A DNA stretch of 34,424 bases from Candidatus Jorgensenbacteria bacterium (GTDB taxonomy: Bacteria > Patescibacteriota > Minisyncoccia > UBA6257 > GWB1-50-10): the NCBI GenBank assembly GCA_016234345.1, contig JACRFG010000034.1, positions 1 through 34,424 on the forward strand, written 5' to 3'. Positions 25,828 through 34,424 of the stretch are shown piece by piece. Each line of letters opens with the position of its first letter. Within the stretch, counting starts at the first letter, position 1. The notes beneath the pieces were generated by a model. It saw only the letters and a list, made by a program, of their open reading frames with translations. It was not told the DNA's origin and ran no database searches. A program made the translations under genes and the position numbers.

Positions 25828-27507
25828 ATGCTCAAGGCTTCAAAAGACCTCGAAGAGCAATTATTAAAACAGCGACGGCAAGCCGAAGAAAATGACGCTA
25901 AACGCAGAGCCGATCGTTTAGGACTCGCTTACATCGATCTTATTTCGGTTAAGGTACCCACGGAAATAAAAGCTATGCGGCTTGTTCCTGAAGAAGAAGC
26001 AAAAAGGGCACTGCTTGTCCCTCTTCAGGTACTCCGTAAAAAACTTATTGTTGCCGCATTCGACCCCGATATACCTGAGGCTAAAAAAGCTATTGAAAAA
26101 CTTAGGAAAATATACGAAACCGAGGTTGCTGTTGTTTCCATGACAAGCCTTAAACACGCGTGGTCATATTACCACTATGTTATTAAAGAAGAAGGTGAAA
26201 TTAGCGGCAAAATAGAAATAGACGAAACAAAACTTCAGAGCCTCCAAGCGACCATCAAAAATCTGGAGCAACTCAAAGAAACCATCAGATCATTCAAGAG
26301 TCCGCTCGTGTCGCAAACTCTGGAAATTATAATTGCCGGAGCTTTATCGCTTAAGGCGTCTGATATCCATCTTGAACCCAACGACGAACGCGGCGCAATC
26401 AGATTACGCATTGATGGGCTCTTGCATGCCGCTTACGAAGAGTTTACTCCAGCAACTTATCATTCAGTCGTCACGCGCATAAAACTCCTCTCGAATTTGA
26501 AATTGAATATAACCGACCAACCGCAGGACGGCAGATTCACCATCGGCCTCAAGGATCGGGATATAGAAATAAGAACTTCGGTTATACCATCGGAATACGG
26601 CGAAACAGTTGTGCTCAGAATTCTCGATCCTCTGGCACTTAAGGTTAATTTGGAGGAACTCGGCTGGCGACCGGACGATTTAGCTATCGTAAAGGCTGAA
26701 ATTGCCAAACCAAACGGCTTGATACTCAATACCGGACCAACTGGATCTGGAAAAACAACAACCCTCTATGCTTTCTTAAAATACGTGTTCAGACCGGAAA
26801 TTAAAGTGATCACCGTAGAAGACCCAATAGAGTATCATCTGGACGGCATTTCACAAACCCAAGTCGACCCTGGCGCCGGCTACACTTTTGCATCAGGCTT
26901 ACGTTCAATTCTAAGACAAGACCCTAACGTCATACTCGTCGGCGAAATAAGGGATAAGGAAACGGCCGAAATTGCTATGAACGCGGCCTTAACCGGACAT
27001 ATCGTATTTTCCACACTACACACAAACGATGCGGTCGGAGCAGTACCAAGATTAATCGATCTCGGCGCCAAACCGCAGATATTAGGACCGGCTCTCGCCT
27101 TAGTTATAGCTCAACGCCTGATCAGAATACTCTGTCCACAATGTAAAACGACAAAACCCAACGATTCTAAATTCAAAACAAAAGCCGAGGAATTTCTGAA
27201 AAATCTCCCGTCTCGAGTCGACCGAACGCTTTATAAGCAATTATCTATCTACGAACCGAAAGGATGTGATCAATGTGGAAGTTTAGGTTACCGCGGGAGA
27301 ATTTCGATATTCGAACTTTTCGTGGTAAATGAAAATATAGAACAAGCAATCTATGCCAATCCTACCGAATTAACCTTAACCGACTTGGCAAAAAAGCAGG
27401 GCATGACTACAATGCAGGAAGACGGAATTTTGAAAATGTTCATGGGGATTACAAGCCAAGCCGAAGTCGAACGGCTAACCGGACCAATTAACTGGCTTAA
27501 GGACTAA
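25828..27507 (+). CDS. pilB: type IV pilus / T2SS assembly ATPase (PilB/GspE)
   Basis: ASDIHLEP, RLRIDG, PQDGR, GPTGSGKTTTL, TVEDPIEY, LRQDPNVILVGEIRD, TGH..STLHTN, CPQC/CDQC. Confidence 0.9.
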   Translation: MLKASKDLEEQLLKQRRQAEENDAKRRADRLGLAYIDLISVKVPTEIKAMRLVPEEEAKRALLVPLQVLRKKLIVAAFDPDIPEAKKAIEKLRKIYETEVAVVSMTSLKHAWSYYHYVIKEEGEISGKIEIDETKLQSLQATIKNLEQLKETIRSFKSPLVSQTLEIIIAGALSLKASDIHLEPNDERGAIRLRIDGLLHAAYEEFTPATYHSVVTRIKLLSNLKLNITDQPQDGRFTIGLKDRDIEIRTSVIPSEYGETVVLRILDPLALKVNLEELGWRPDDLAIVKAEIAKPNGLILNTGPTGSGKTTTLYAFLKYVFRPEIKVITVEDPIEYHLDGISQTQVDPGAGYTFASGLRSILRQDPNVILVGEIRDKETAEIAMNAALTGHIVFSTLHTNDAVGAVPRLIDLGAKPQILGPALALVIAQRLIRILCPQCKTTKPNDSKFKTKAEEFLKNLPSRVDRTLYKQLSIYEPKGCDQCGSLGYRGRISIFELFVVNENIEQAIYANPTELTLTDLAKKQGMTTMQEDGILKMFMGITSQAEVERLTGPINWLKD

Positions 27508-27525
27508 AAAATGCATTTTTAATAA

Positions 27526-27704
27526 TAAAAAGCACCCCACCCTAAGATCTGTGGGCAATTGCCTTACGGCATGTTTCGAAAACTTTTCTGAAATGAATTT
27601 CAGAAAAGGTAGGATATTCCCGAGGAGTTCTCCAGCGTAAAGCCAGGGAGTCCTGAGACGTGAGGATGATATCCATATGCCCACAGATCTTAGTTTAGGA
27701 TGCT
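27526..27704 (-). ncRNA. structured ~180-nt non-coding RNA (6S RNA candidate or novel class)
   Basis: 5' and 3' ends pair (8 bp with G-U plus a perfect 16 bp); internal hairpins include a GNRA loop; dedicated promoter; 3' U-tract. Confidence 0.75.
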
Positions 27705-27710
27705 GTATAA

Positions 27711-27739
27711 AGTCTAGCATAAATGTAATAATTTGTCAA
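27711..27739 (-). promoter_or_regulatory. strong sigma70 promoter driving the ncRNA
   Basis: TTGACA-17-TAGACT with TG extension; predicted TSS about 27704. Confidence 0.8.
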
Positions 27740-27771
27740 TCATCAACGTCACGCATTAAAAATACCTAACA

Positions 27772-28770
27772 ATGCAAGAAATAACCAACTTAAATCCGGA
27801 AGATCAAACAGTTGATCTTGCTCTACGCCCCAAAACCTGGGATGAGTACGTCGGTCAGGACAAGGTAAAATCTAACCTCCGTCTAATTATTGATGCCGCC
27901 AAACAACGAAGTGAGGCGTGCGACCATTTACTCTTCTATGGTCAAGCTGGCTTAGGCAAAACCACCTTAGCTTATCTCATTGGCAAAGAAATGGGCGTAA
28001 ACATTAGGCCGACCACCGGACCTACACTAGAACGGGCCGGTGATGTTGCCGCGCTTCTATCAAACCTGGAACCTTATGAAATACTATTTATTGACGAAGC
28101 TCACCGCCTAAACAAACTTGTTGAAGAAATTCTATACCCAGCCATGGAAACGCGCCGCCTACATCTGATTGTCGGAAAGGGCCCTTCAGCTAGAACTTTT
28201 TCCATTGACCTGCCACCATTTACCATTGTCGCCGCAACCACCAAAGTTAATCTTCTCTCCGGTCCTCTTCGCTCCAGATTTGGCGCCACATTTAGACTTG
28301 ATTACTATCAACATTCGGATATAGAAAAAATAATCAAAAGATCAGCTAGCATGCTTAATGTAAGTATATCCTCCGAAGCGGTAGCGACGTTAGCTAAGGC
28401 TGCCCGGTTTACACCACGAGTAGCCAATCGCCTTCTCAAACGCACGCGTGACTACGCCCAAGTAAACAATCTTAAACAAATCGACGAGACGACAATAAAT
28501 CAAACACTCGAACTTCTTGATGTTGATACGCTGGGCCTAGAAAACGCGGACCGCCAACTTCTTACTACCATAATTAAAAAATTCAACGGTGGACCGGTGG
28601 GCTTAAAAGCCTTGGCCGCAGCATTGAATGACGAAGTTGGAACAATAGAAGACGTATACGAACCATTTTTGATGAAATTGGGCTTTATTCATCGCACGCC
28701 AACCGGCCGAATCGCTACCGCTTTAGCCTACGAACACTTAAATCTCCCCAATCGCGCAACTCTAGTTTAA
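27772..28770 (+). CDS. ruvB: Holliday junction branch migration helicase RuvB
   Basis: LRPKTWDEYVGQ, GLGKTTLA, LFIDEAHRL, PLRSRFG, TPRVANRLLKR, GGPVGL, YEPFL. Confidence 0.97.
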   Translation: MQEITNLNPEDQTVDLALRPKTWDEYVGQDKVKSNLRLIIDAAKQRSEACDHLLFYGQAGLGKTTLAYLIGKEMGVNIRPTTGPTLERAGDVAALLSNLEPYEILFIDEAHRLNKLVEEILYPAMETRRLHLIVGKGPSARTFSIDLPPFTIVAATTKVNLLSGPLRSRFGATFRLDYYQHSDIEKIIKRSASMLNVSISSEAVATLAKAARFTPRVANRLLKRTRDYAQVNNLKQIDETTINQTLELLDVDTLGLENADRQLLTTIIKKFNGGPVGLKALAAALNDEVGTIEDVYEPFLMKLGFIHRTPTGRIATALAYEHLNLPNRATLV

Positions 28771-28794
28771 TTTACCGAAAACGGCGATATCCCT

Positions 28795-29283
28795 ATGACC
28801 CACTACGTAAGCCGTTCCTCAAACACAACCAAGAAAATAGGGGCTGTTTTGGCCGCTGAAGCATCTAGTCATCTCCGCAGAACCAACCAATCCCTAGTTA
28901 TAGCTCTAGTTGGAGAATTGGGGTCAGGCAAAACAACTTTTATACAAGGGTTTGCTCGCGGCCTCGGCATAAAACAACGCCTTACAAGTCCCACCTTTTT
29001 AATATTAAAACGTTATTATTTACCTAAAAAACAAAAGGGCGTTAAATCTCTCCTATCAATAAATAAAAACTCGCTTTTCCACATTGACGCTTACCGAATC
29101 AAAAGATCGAGGGATTTAAATTTTGTTGATCTTAAAAAGATAATCAATAACGGAAAATGTATATTATTAATCGAGTGGGCCGATAAAATAAAACGTCTGA
29201 TGCCTAAAAGCACTCTCTGGATTTATTTTCGTCATGGATCGGACGAACATGAAAGACTAATCGATTTCAGCACCAAACCATGA
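28795..29283 (+). CDS. tsaE: tRNA t6A biosynthesis ATPase TsaE
   Basis: GELGSGKTTF, TSPTF, HIDAYR, IEWAD. Confidence 0.93.
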   Translation: MTHYVSRSSNTTKKIGAVLAAEASSHLRRTNQSLVIALVGELGSGKTTFIQGFARGLGIKQRLTSPTFLILKRYYLPKKQKGVKSLLSINKNSLFHIDAYRIKRSRDLNFVDLKKIINNGKCILLIEWADKIKRLMPKSTLWIYFRHGSDEHERLIDFSTKP

Positions 29284-31763
29284 AAACCTTTCTGCTCATT
29301 GATGCAAACGCCTTAATACACAGATCGTTCCATGCCTTGCCACCGTTAACCACGCCTGATGGTAGAGCGGCTGGTGCGCTTTATGGCCTCTCAAGCACGC
29401 TTCTTAAAACACTGAAGGATCAACCTCCCGAATACATCGCCGCCGCCTTTGATCGTCCCGAACCTACCTTCCGGGACGAAATCTTCGATGATTACAAAGC
29501 CCACCGACCGCCGGCCGCTCAAGAACTTATAGATCAAATTATTGCTGCACACGAACTCTTTAAACGATTCGGCATAACCACATTCGAACAGCCCGGCTTT
29601 GAAGCTGACGATATTATCGGCACCCTAGTTCAACAATTTAAAACAGAAAAAGATCTCCGTGTTGTTATACTTACCGGCGATCTCGACACGCTTCAGCTAG
29701 TAGAAAATGATAAGGTGCTTGTCCAAACCATGAAAAAGGGTGTAAGCGAAACCGTTCTATATAATGAAGAAGCAGTTAAACTGAGATACAATCTTTCGCC
29801 TCTACAACTTCCCGATTATAAAGGCTTGGTCGGTGATCCTTCTGACAACATTCCTGGAGTTTTAGGAATTGGACCTAAAAGCGCCTCCAAGCTCCTTAAT
29901 GAATATCAAACCTTAGAAAATGTATATGCTCATCTATCAGTTTTAAGCGATGTCCTACACAAAAAATTGGCGCCGCAAAAGGAACAAGCATTATTGTCAA
30001 AAAAATTGGCCATCATCCGCCGCGATGTGCCGATCGAAACAAACCTAGAGACGCTAAAATTCGACAAGATCGATCCAGTAAGCCTTGTTAATTATTTTAA
30101 CAAACTGGGTTTTGAAAGCTTGATTAAACGATTTGATAAAATTAATACTAATGAAACGGATAACGGAACCGTTGATTCTCGATCGATGATCGAAACATCA
30201 GATATAATAGTAGTTACAGACGAAAAAGACGCACGCGAAAAAATAAAATCTATTACCACCGACGACGGGTTAAAAGTGGCATTTGATTGGAAATCTATCA
30301 TCAAAAACATGGAATCTCCGCGGTTGGCCATTAAGCCGCCTATTTTCGATATACAAATAGCTGGCTGGTTACTTGATCCGGATCAAAAAGATTTTTCTAT
30401 TAAAGCTCTCAGTCGTCGTCTCTTAAAAAAATCGGTGTTGGACGATCTTTATCCAAGCAAAAACGCTGTTGTTGATCTTTTTTTATTTCTTGATAAAAAG
30501 ATTAAATCTTATGAACTTGATCATGTATTCAAAAATATAGAAATGCCGCTTATTCCTATATTAGCGGCTATGGAACGAAGCGGCATTGCGGTACACACCA
30601 AAACTCTCTCGTCGCTAAAAAATGCCCTGGATTCAGAACTTAGTTCACTAACTTCACAAATTTATAAAGAAGCGGGTGAAGAATTCAATATCAACTCACC
30701 TCAACAAGTGGCTCATATTCTATTCGAAGTATTAGGTCTGAAACCCAAAAAACGGGCTGGTAGCGGACACCACCGTACCGACAAAGAAGTGCTCTCTACG
30801 CTTGTAGAAAAACATCCCATTATCTCCTTAATGCTTAATTACCGGGAAGATTTCAAAATAAAAACAGCTTTTATTGAGCCTTTAATAAAATCGATCGAAG
30901 AAGACGGAAGAATACGTACTACCTTCCTGCAAACCGGAACAGCTACCGGACGCTTAGCCTCCGAAAAACCAAATCTTCAAAACATTCCTCAAGAATCAAA
31001 ATGGTCCAAAGAGATAAGAAAGGCTTTCGAAGCCACTCCGGGTTACACCTTGCTCTCCTTTGATTATTCTCAACTTGAACTCCGCGTACTTGCTCATTTA
31101 TCAAACGACAAAAATCTTATACGGGCGTTTTGCGACAATCGCGACATCCATCAACACACCGCCTCAAAAGTTTTCAATGTTTCTCTAGACCAAGTAACAC
31201 CGGCTATGAGGAGAACCAGTAAAACCTTAAACTTTGGAATAGTTTACGGCATGGGAGTGCGCGCCTTCAGCCGTGAAAGTGGTTTTAATCTAGATGAAGC
31301 CGAACGGTTTATGGACGAATATTTTATGGAATTTCCCACCATAAAAGAATGGCAAGACCGAATTAAAGCTGACGCACAAACTTTCGGCTACATAAAAAAT
31401 GAAAATGGGCGGCGGCGTTGGTTTATTAAAATGGCTGGTAATGGTTTGTTTTCAGGGGAGTTTGAGCGGGCGGCTATAAACATGCCAATTCAATCTCTCG
31501 GAGCCGATATCTTGAAATTGGCTATGATCAAAATAGCCGCAATGGTTAAAAAGAACGATTGGAACGAAAATATTCTAAGATTACTTCTTACCATACACGA
31601 TGAATTGCTCTTCGAAGTACGCGATGATATGCTTAAAATTATAGCGCTAACTATTAATAAAATAGCAGAAGAGGCATATCCCTTAAACGTGCCATTGGTA
31701 GTGGAAGCGAAACACGGTAAAAATTGGGGAATGATGAGCAAATTATCCGTAAACGCATCGTGA
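29280..31763 (+). CDS. polA: DNA polymerase I
   Basis: 5'-3' exonuclease motifs (LIDANALIHR, FEADD, GDPSDNIPGV); polymerase motifs DYSQLELR, KTLNFGIVYG, HDELL; vestigial 3'-5' exo region. Confidence 0.95.
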   Translation: MKTFLLIDANALIHRSFHALPPLTTPDGRAAGALYGLSSTLLKTLKDQPPEYIAAAFDRPEPTFRDEIFDDYKAHRPPAAQELIDQIIAAHELFKRFGITTFEQPGFEADDIIGTLVQQFKTEKDLRVVILTGDLDTLQLVENDKVLVQTMKKGVSETVLYNEEAVKLRYNLSPLQLPDYKGLVGDPSDNIPGVLGIGPKSASKLLNEYQTLENVYAHLSVLSDVLHKKLAPQKEQALLSKKLAIIRRDVPIETNLETLKFDKIDPVSLVNYFNKLGFESLIKRFDKINTNETDNGTVDSRSMIETSDIIVVTDEKDAREKIKSITTDDGLKVAFDWKSIIKNMESPRLAIKPPIFDIQIAGWLLDPDQKDFSIKALSRRLLKKSVLDDLYPSKNAVVDLFLFLDKKIKSYELDHVFKNIEMPLIPILAAMERSGIAVHTKTLSSLKNALDSELSSLTSQIYKEAGEEFNINSPQQVAHILFEVLGLKPKKRAGSGHHRTDKEVLSTLVEKHPIISLMLNYREDFKIKTAFIEPLIKSIEEDGRIRTTFLQTGTATGRLASEKPNLQNIPQESKWSKEIRKAFEATPGYTLLSFDYSQLELRVLAHLSNDKNLIRAFCDNRDIHQHTASKVFNVSLDQVTPAMRRTSKTLNFGIVYGMGVRAFSRESGFNLDEAERFMDEYFMEFPTIKEWQDRIKADAQTFGYIKNENGRRRWFIKMAGNGLFSGEFERAAINMPIQSLGADILKLAMIKIAAMVKKNDWNENILRLLLTIHDELLFEVRDDMLKIIALTINKIAEEAYPLNVPLVVEAKHGKNWGMMSKLSVNAS

Positions 31764-31765
31764 AT

Positions 31766-33100
31766 ATGAATAACGTCTCTACAAAATCTTCCCAAACGCT
31801 CCAAGAACACTTGCGAAATCCTGAGATACTTTCACTGTTCATACTCATCGGCATATCTTTTATTTTGTCGGTAATTACTCTGTTTGTAGCCCCGCTTTTT
31901 ATCGGCGCTATTCTTATCATGACCGTTGCCGGTCTCGGATTTTCGGTAGTACGGATAACCCTAAAGACCTTATCCGTAGAACGGGGCTTGATATTAACTG
32001 GCAGCGAGCTCGATGCTATTATCAAACACTTAAAAGACGGTGTGGTTATTTATAGCCCGAACTTCACCATACTTTCGATGAACCGGGCGGGTGAAGAGAT
32101 TTTCAACGTAGAAACCAAAGACGTTGTCGGAAAATCCATAGACCCAAGCTTAGTCAAAAACCCCAAGCTCCGTACCCTAACACAGGTTATTTTCCCTTCG
32201 TTGGCTCCGACCGTCCGACAAACATCCGAAGCTGATACCTGGCCTCAAATAATTGATATATCTCTGGATGAACCGAGATTGGAACTAGAAACAACCTTAC
32301 ACCGTCTGGCTGACCAAAATGGCAAATCTATTGGCTTTCTAAAAATAGTGAGGGATAGGACTCGGGAAAAAACTATTATCGAATCCAAAACAGAATTTAT
32401 CAATGTAGCAGCCCATCAACTAAGAACGCCTCTTACGGCTATGAATTGGGCTCTGGAAAACCTTAAAAAAATGGCTGCTTCAGGATCCCAAGAGATGCGA
32501 GACTTAATTGACCAAGCTTTCCAAATATCCGAACGCTCTCTCAAAATCACCAACGATCTTTTGGATGCTTCGAAAATAGAGGACGGTAAATTCGGATACC
32601 AATTCAAGGCTATTAATCTTTCCGAACTTATACAAAAAGTTGTGGGCGCCGCAACTCCCATAGCCAACCAATACTCTGTCCGCCTTTATATAGATTTAAA
32701 AACTATCCCATCACTCGAGATACATGCCGACCACGATCGCATAATTACCGCCCTTTTAAACCTTATCGAAAATTCAATTAAATATAACGTTAAAAATGGT
32801 AAGGTTGTAATTACTACAGAATCTAGCTCTGGTGCACCCTTTGTTAAAATAAGCGTTGAAGACAGCGGCATCGGCGTACCAGAAGAAGATCTAAAAAAGG
32901 TATTTCAAAAATTTCATCGCAGCTCAAACGCAGTTCAAGTCGAACCCAACGGCACTGGCTTAGGACTATACATAACCAAAAACATAATAGAGCGTCATGG
33001 CGGAATAATCGGCTTTACATCAACCCTAAACAGAGGCACCACTTTTTGGTTCACCCTACCACTAAACCCGGATTTAATACCTCACAAAGAGTTTGTTTAA
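31766..33100 (+). CDS. membrane PAS sensor histidine kinase (no adjacent response regulator)
   Basis: 2 TM, PAS, H-box AAHQLRTPLT, NLIENSIKY, DSGIG, GTGLGL; start uncertain (31724, 31760 or 31766). Confidence 0.9.
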   Translation: MNNVSTKSSQTLQEHLRNPEILSLFILIGISFILSVITLFVAPLFIGAILIMTVAGLGFSVVRITLKTLSVERGLILTGSELDAIIKHLKDGVVIYSPNFTILSMNRAGEEIFNVETKDVVGKSIDPSLVKNPKLRTLTQVIFPSLAPTVRQTSEADTWPQIIDISLDEPRLELETTLHRLADQNGKSIGFLKIVRDRTREKTIIESKTEFINVAAHQLRTPLTAMNWALENLKKMAASGSQEMRDLIDQAFQISERSLKITNDLLDASKIEDGKFGYQFKAINLSELIQKVVGAATPIANQYSVRLYIDLKTIPSLEIHADHDRIITALLNLIENSIKYNVKNGKVVITTESSSGAPFVKISVEDSGIGVPEEDLKKVFQKFHRSSNAVQVEPNGTGLGLYITKNIIERHGGIIGFTSTLNRGTTFWFTLPLNPDLIPHKEFV

Positions 33101-33123
33101 ATAGAAAATAATTATATTATCCT

Positions 33124-33657
33124 ATGGCCGGACATAGCCACTGGAAACAAATAAAAACTCATAAGGGGGTGGCCGATCAGAAAAGAGGAATAGCTTTTTC
33201 TAAACTATTGAATGCTGTAGCTATTGCGGCCAAAAGCGAACCTAACCCCGATTTTAATCCTCGCCTCCGAACCACTATTAATAAAGCACACACAGCCGGA
33301 GTTCCAAACGAAAACATCGAACGGGCCATAAAGCGAGCATCAAGTCAAAACGATAACCTAGAAGAAATTATGGTCGAGGCGTATGGACCCGGCGGCACCG
33401 CTATAATAATCGAAGCGATCACCGACAGCCGAAACAGAACCATACAAGAACTTAAGGCCTTACTTAAAGAACTGGGAGCAAAATGGGCCGAACAAGGAAG
33501 CGTACGATGGGCCTTCGAATTCCAATCGCAAACCAATGGTTGGTTGGCAAAATTTTCTCAACAAATTTCACCCGAAGATATGACAAAATTAAAATCGCTG
33601 ATTCAAACAATCGAAAATCACGGTGACGTACAATCTGTTTACGCCAACGCTATCTAA
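33124..33657 (+). CDS. yebC: YebC/PmpR family protein, short form
   Basis: MAGHSHWKQIK, NPRLR, EAYGPGG, TDSRNRT, DVQSVYAN. Confidence 0.92.
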   Translation: MAGHSHWKQIKTHKGVADQKRGIAFSKLLNAVAIAAKSEPNPDFNPRLRTTINKAHTAGVPNENIERAIKRASSQNDNLEEIMVEAYGPGGTAIIIEAITDSRNRTIQELKALLKELGAKWAEQGSVRWAFEFQSQTNGWLAKFSQQISPEDMTKLKSLIQTIENHGDVQSVYANAI

Positions 33658-33658
33658 T

Positions 33659-34129
33659 ATGGTCATACTTGGTATCGATCCAGGAACAACCAGGGTTGGT
33701 TACGGCGTAATTAAAAAGAGTGGACCAACTATTTCGTATATAGATGCTGGACTTCTAGATATACCGAAAGCAGCGCCAAAAACTACTAAGCTTGTTATAC
33801 TTGATCGTGAAATAAATGATCTACTTGACCGTTTCTCACCAGCACGAGTCGGCATAGAACGTATTTTTTTCTCAAAAAATCAGAAAACTGCTTTAGACGT
33901 GGCCGAAGCCCGTGGGGTAATCATGACTTCAATAGTGAAAAAATCCATACCAATGCTTGAGTTTACGCCGTCCAGCGTCAAAGCCGCCCTAACTGGCGAC
34001 GGACGGGCCTCAAAAACAGGGGTGGCCAAGATAGTATCATATATTCTCAAACGCGATGTAGGGCTTATTGACGACGTAACCGACGCTCTAGCAATCGCCA
34101 TTGTAACTAGTAATGAACCTTGGAACTAA
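33659..34129 (+). CDS. ruvC: crossover junction endodeoxyribonuclease RuvC
   Basis: ILGIDPG, GIERIFF.KN, EARGV, VKAALTGDGRASK, DDVTDALAIA. Confidence 0.95.
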   Translation: MVILGIDPGTTRVGYGVIKKSGPTISYIDAGLLDIPKAAPKTTKLVILDREINDLLDRFSPARVGIERIFFSKNQKTALDVAEARGVIMTSIVKKSIPMLEFTPSSVKAALTGDGRASKTGVAKIVSYILKRDVGLIDDVTDALAIAIVTSNEPWN

Positions 34130-34151
34130 CATCCGTCCACTTGGTTGGGGA

Positions 34152-34179
34152 TTGACACCCACAAAACCCTAGTTATACT
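34152..34179 (+). promoter_or_regulatory. sigma70 promoter
   Basis: TTGACA-16-TATACT. Confidence 0.7.
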
Positions 34180-34238
34180 ATCCCCAAGTAATCACCGCAT
34201 TTGCGGAAAAGGTCGTTTGAGCAACAACGAATTACACT

Positions 34239-34403
34239 ATGGTAAGCACGCTACCCTCATCAACAAAAACACCGTGGTTAAACTACAGCGCCGACGACGA
34301 TCTAGACACCAACGACGACGCGCTCACAGACGATGAAGAAGACGACTTAAAACCACAGGAAGATGCTGAGGAATTAGAAGAATCACCAGAAGATCAATAT
34401 TAG
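34239..34403 (+). CDS. 54-aa highly acidic small protein (not in ORF track)
   Basis: MVSTLPSSTKTPWLNYSADDDLDTNDDALTDDEEDDLKPQEDAEELEESPEDQY; tandem TAGTAG stops; promoter upstream. Confidence 0.65.
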   Translation: MVSTLPSSTKTPWLNYSADDDLDTNDDALTDDEEDDLKPQEDAEELEESPEDQY

Positions 34404-34424
34404 TAGTGTAAATTAAAGTTTTAA

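Noticed and set aside
27542-27693. 16-bp inverted repeat as IS/MITE ends
   Set aside because: No transposase, no clear target-site duplication and a single copy in the window; strand-specific G-U pairs and a fitted promoter favour an RNA gene. Not excluded genome-wide.
27475-27720. 81-aa minus-strand ORF spanning the structured region
   Set aside because: Its ATG lies within the promoter upstream of the predicted TSS, it has no SD and no protein-like motif; RNA pairing explains the sequence better.
21-34101. Numerous 60-150 aa antisense or overlapping ORFs in the track (e.g. 2157-2606, 6112-6474, 15574-15921, 25145-25504, 31654-32025)
   Set aside because: Shadow ORFs of well-supported genes, without motifs or expression signals.
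34145-34336. 63-aa Arg-rich ORF
   Set aside because: It starts upstream of the promoter, and its Arg run is the shifted reading of the GAC/GAT codons of the acidic ORF.
1-34424. CRISPR array, prophage, retroelement or alternative genetic code
   Set aside because: No spaced repeats and no phage, RT or cas genes; TGA terminates conserved genes (infC, mutM, polA) at the expected positions.

Overview
Core-genome segment of a bacterium using the standard genetic code. It is most likely a Patescibacteria/CPR (Parcubacteria-like) organism, inferred from a Cys-rich protein of a type common in CPR, an N-terminally shortened MurE, a short YebC, a stand-alone PilB and leaderless genes. Housekeeping content includes infC-rpmI-rplT, rpsT, tRNA-Arg(CCG), murB, murE and tsaE, plus many DNA repair/replication genes (polX-PHP, EndoQ, MGMT, mutM, two NUDIX, ruvA/ruvB/ruvC, polA, holA). 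Seven short accessory cassettes are interspersed among them. Main observations: (1) an unannotated ~180-nt structured RNA between pilB and ruvB with its own near-consensus sigma70 promoter and U-tail, either a divergent 6S RNA or a new class; (2) two expression architectures, with leaderless housekeeping genes and accessory cassettes built as promoter / boxA-like motif / SD / ORF / terminator; (3) a membrane-anchored Clp/Hsp100 ATPase with degenerate NBD1 Walker B and no Tyr pore loops; (4) small proteins missed by the ORF track or carrying clamp-binding-like or very acidic tails. No CRISPR array, integrase or transposase was seen. All calls come from reading motifs by eye; no searches were run.
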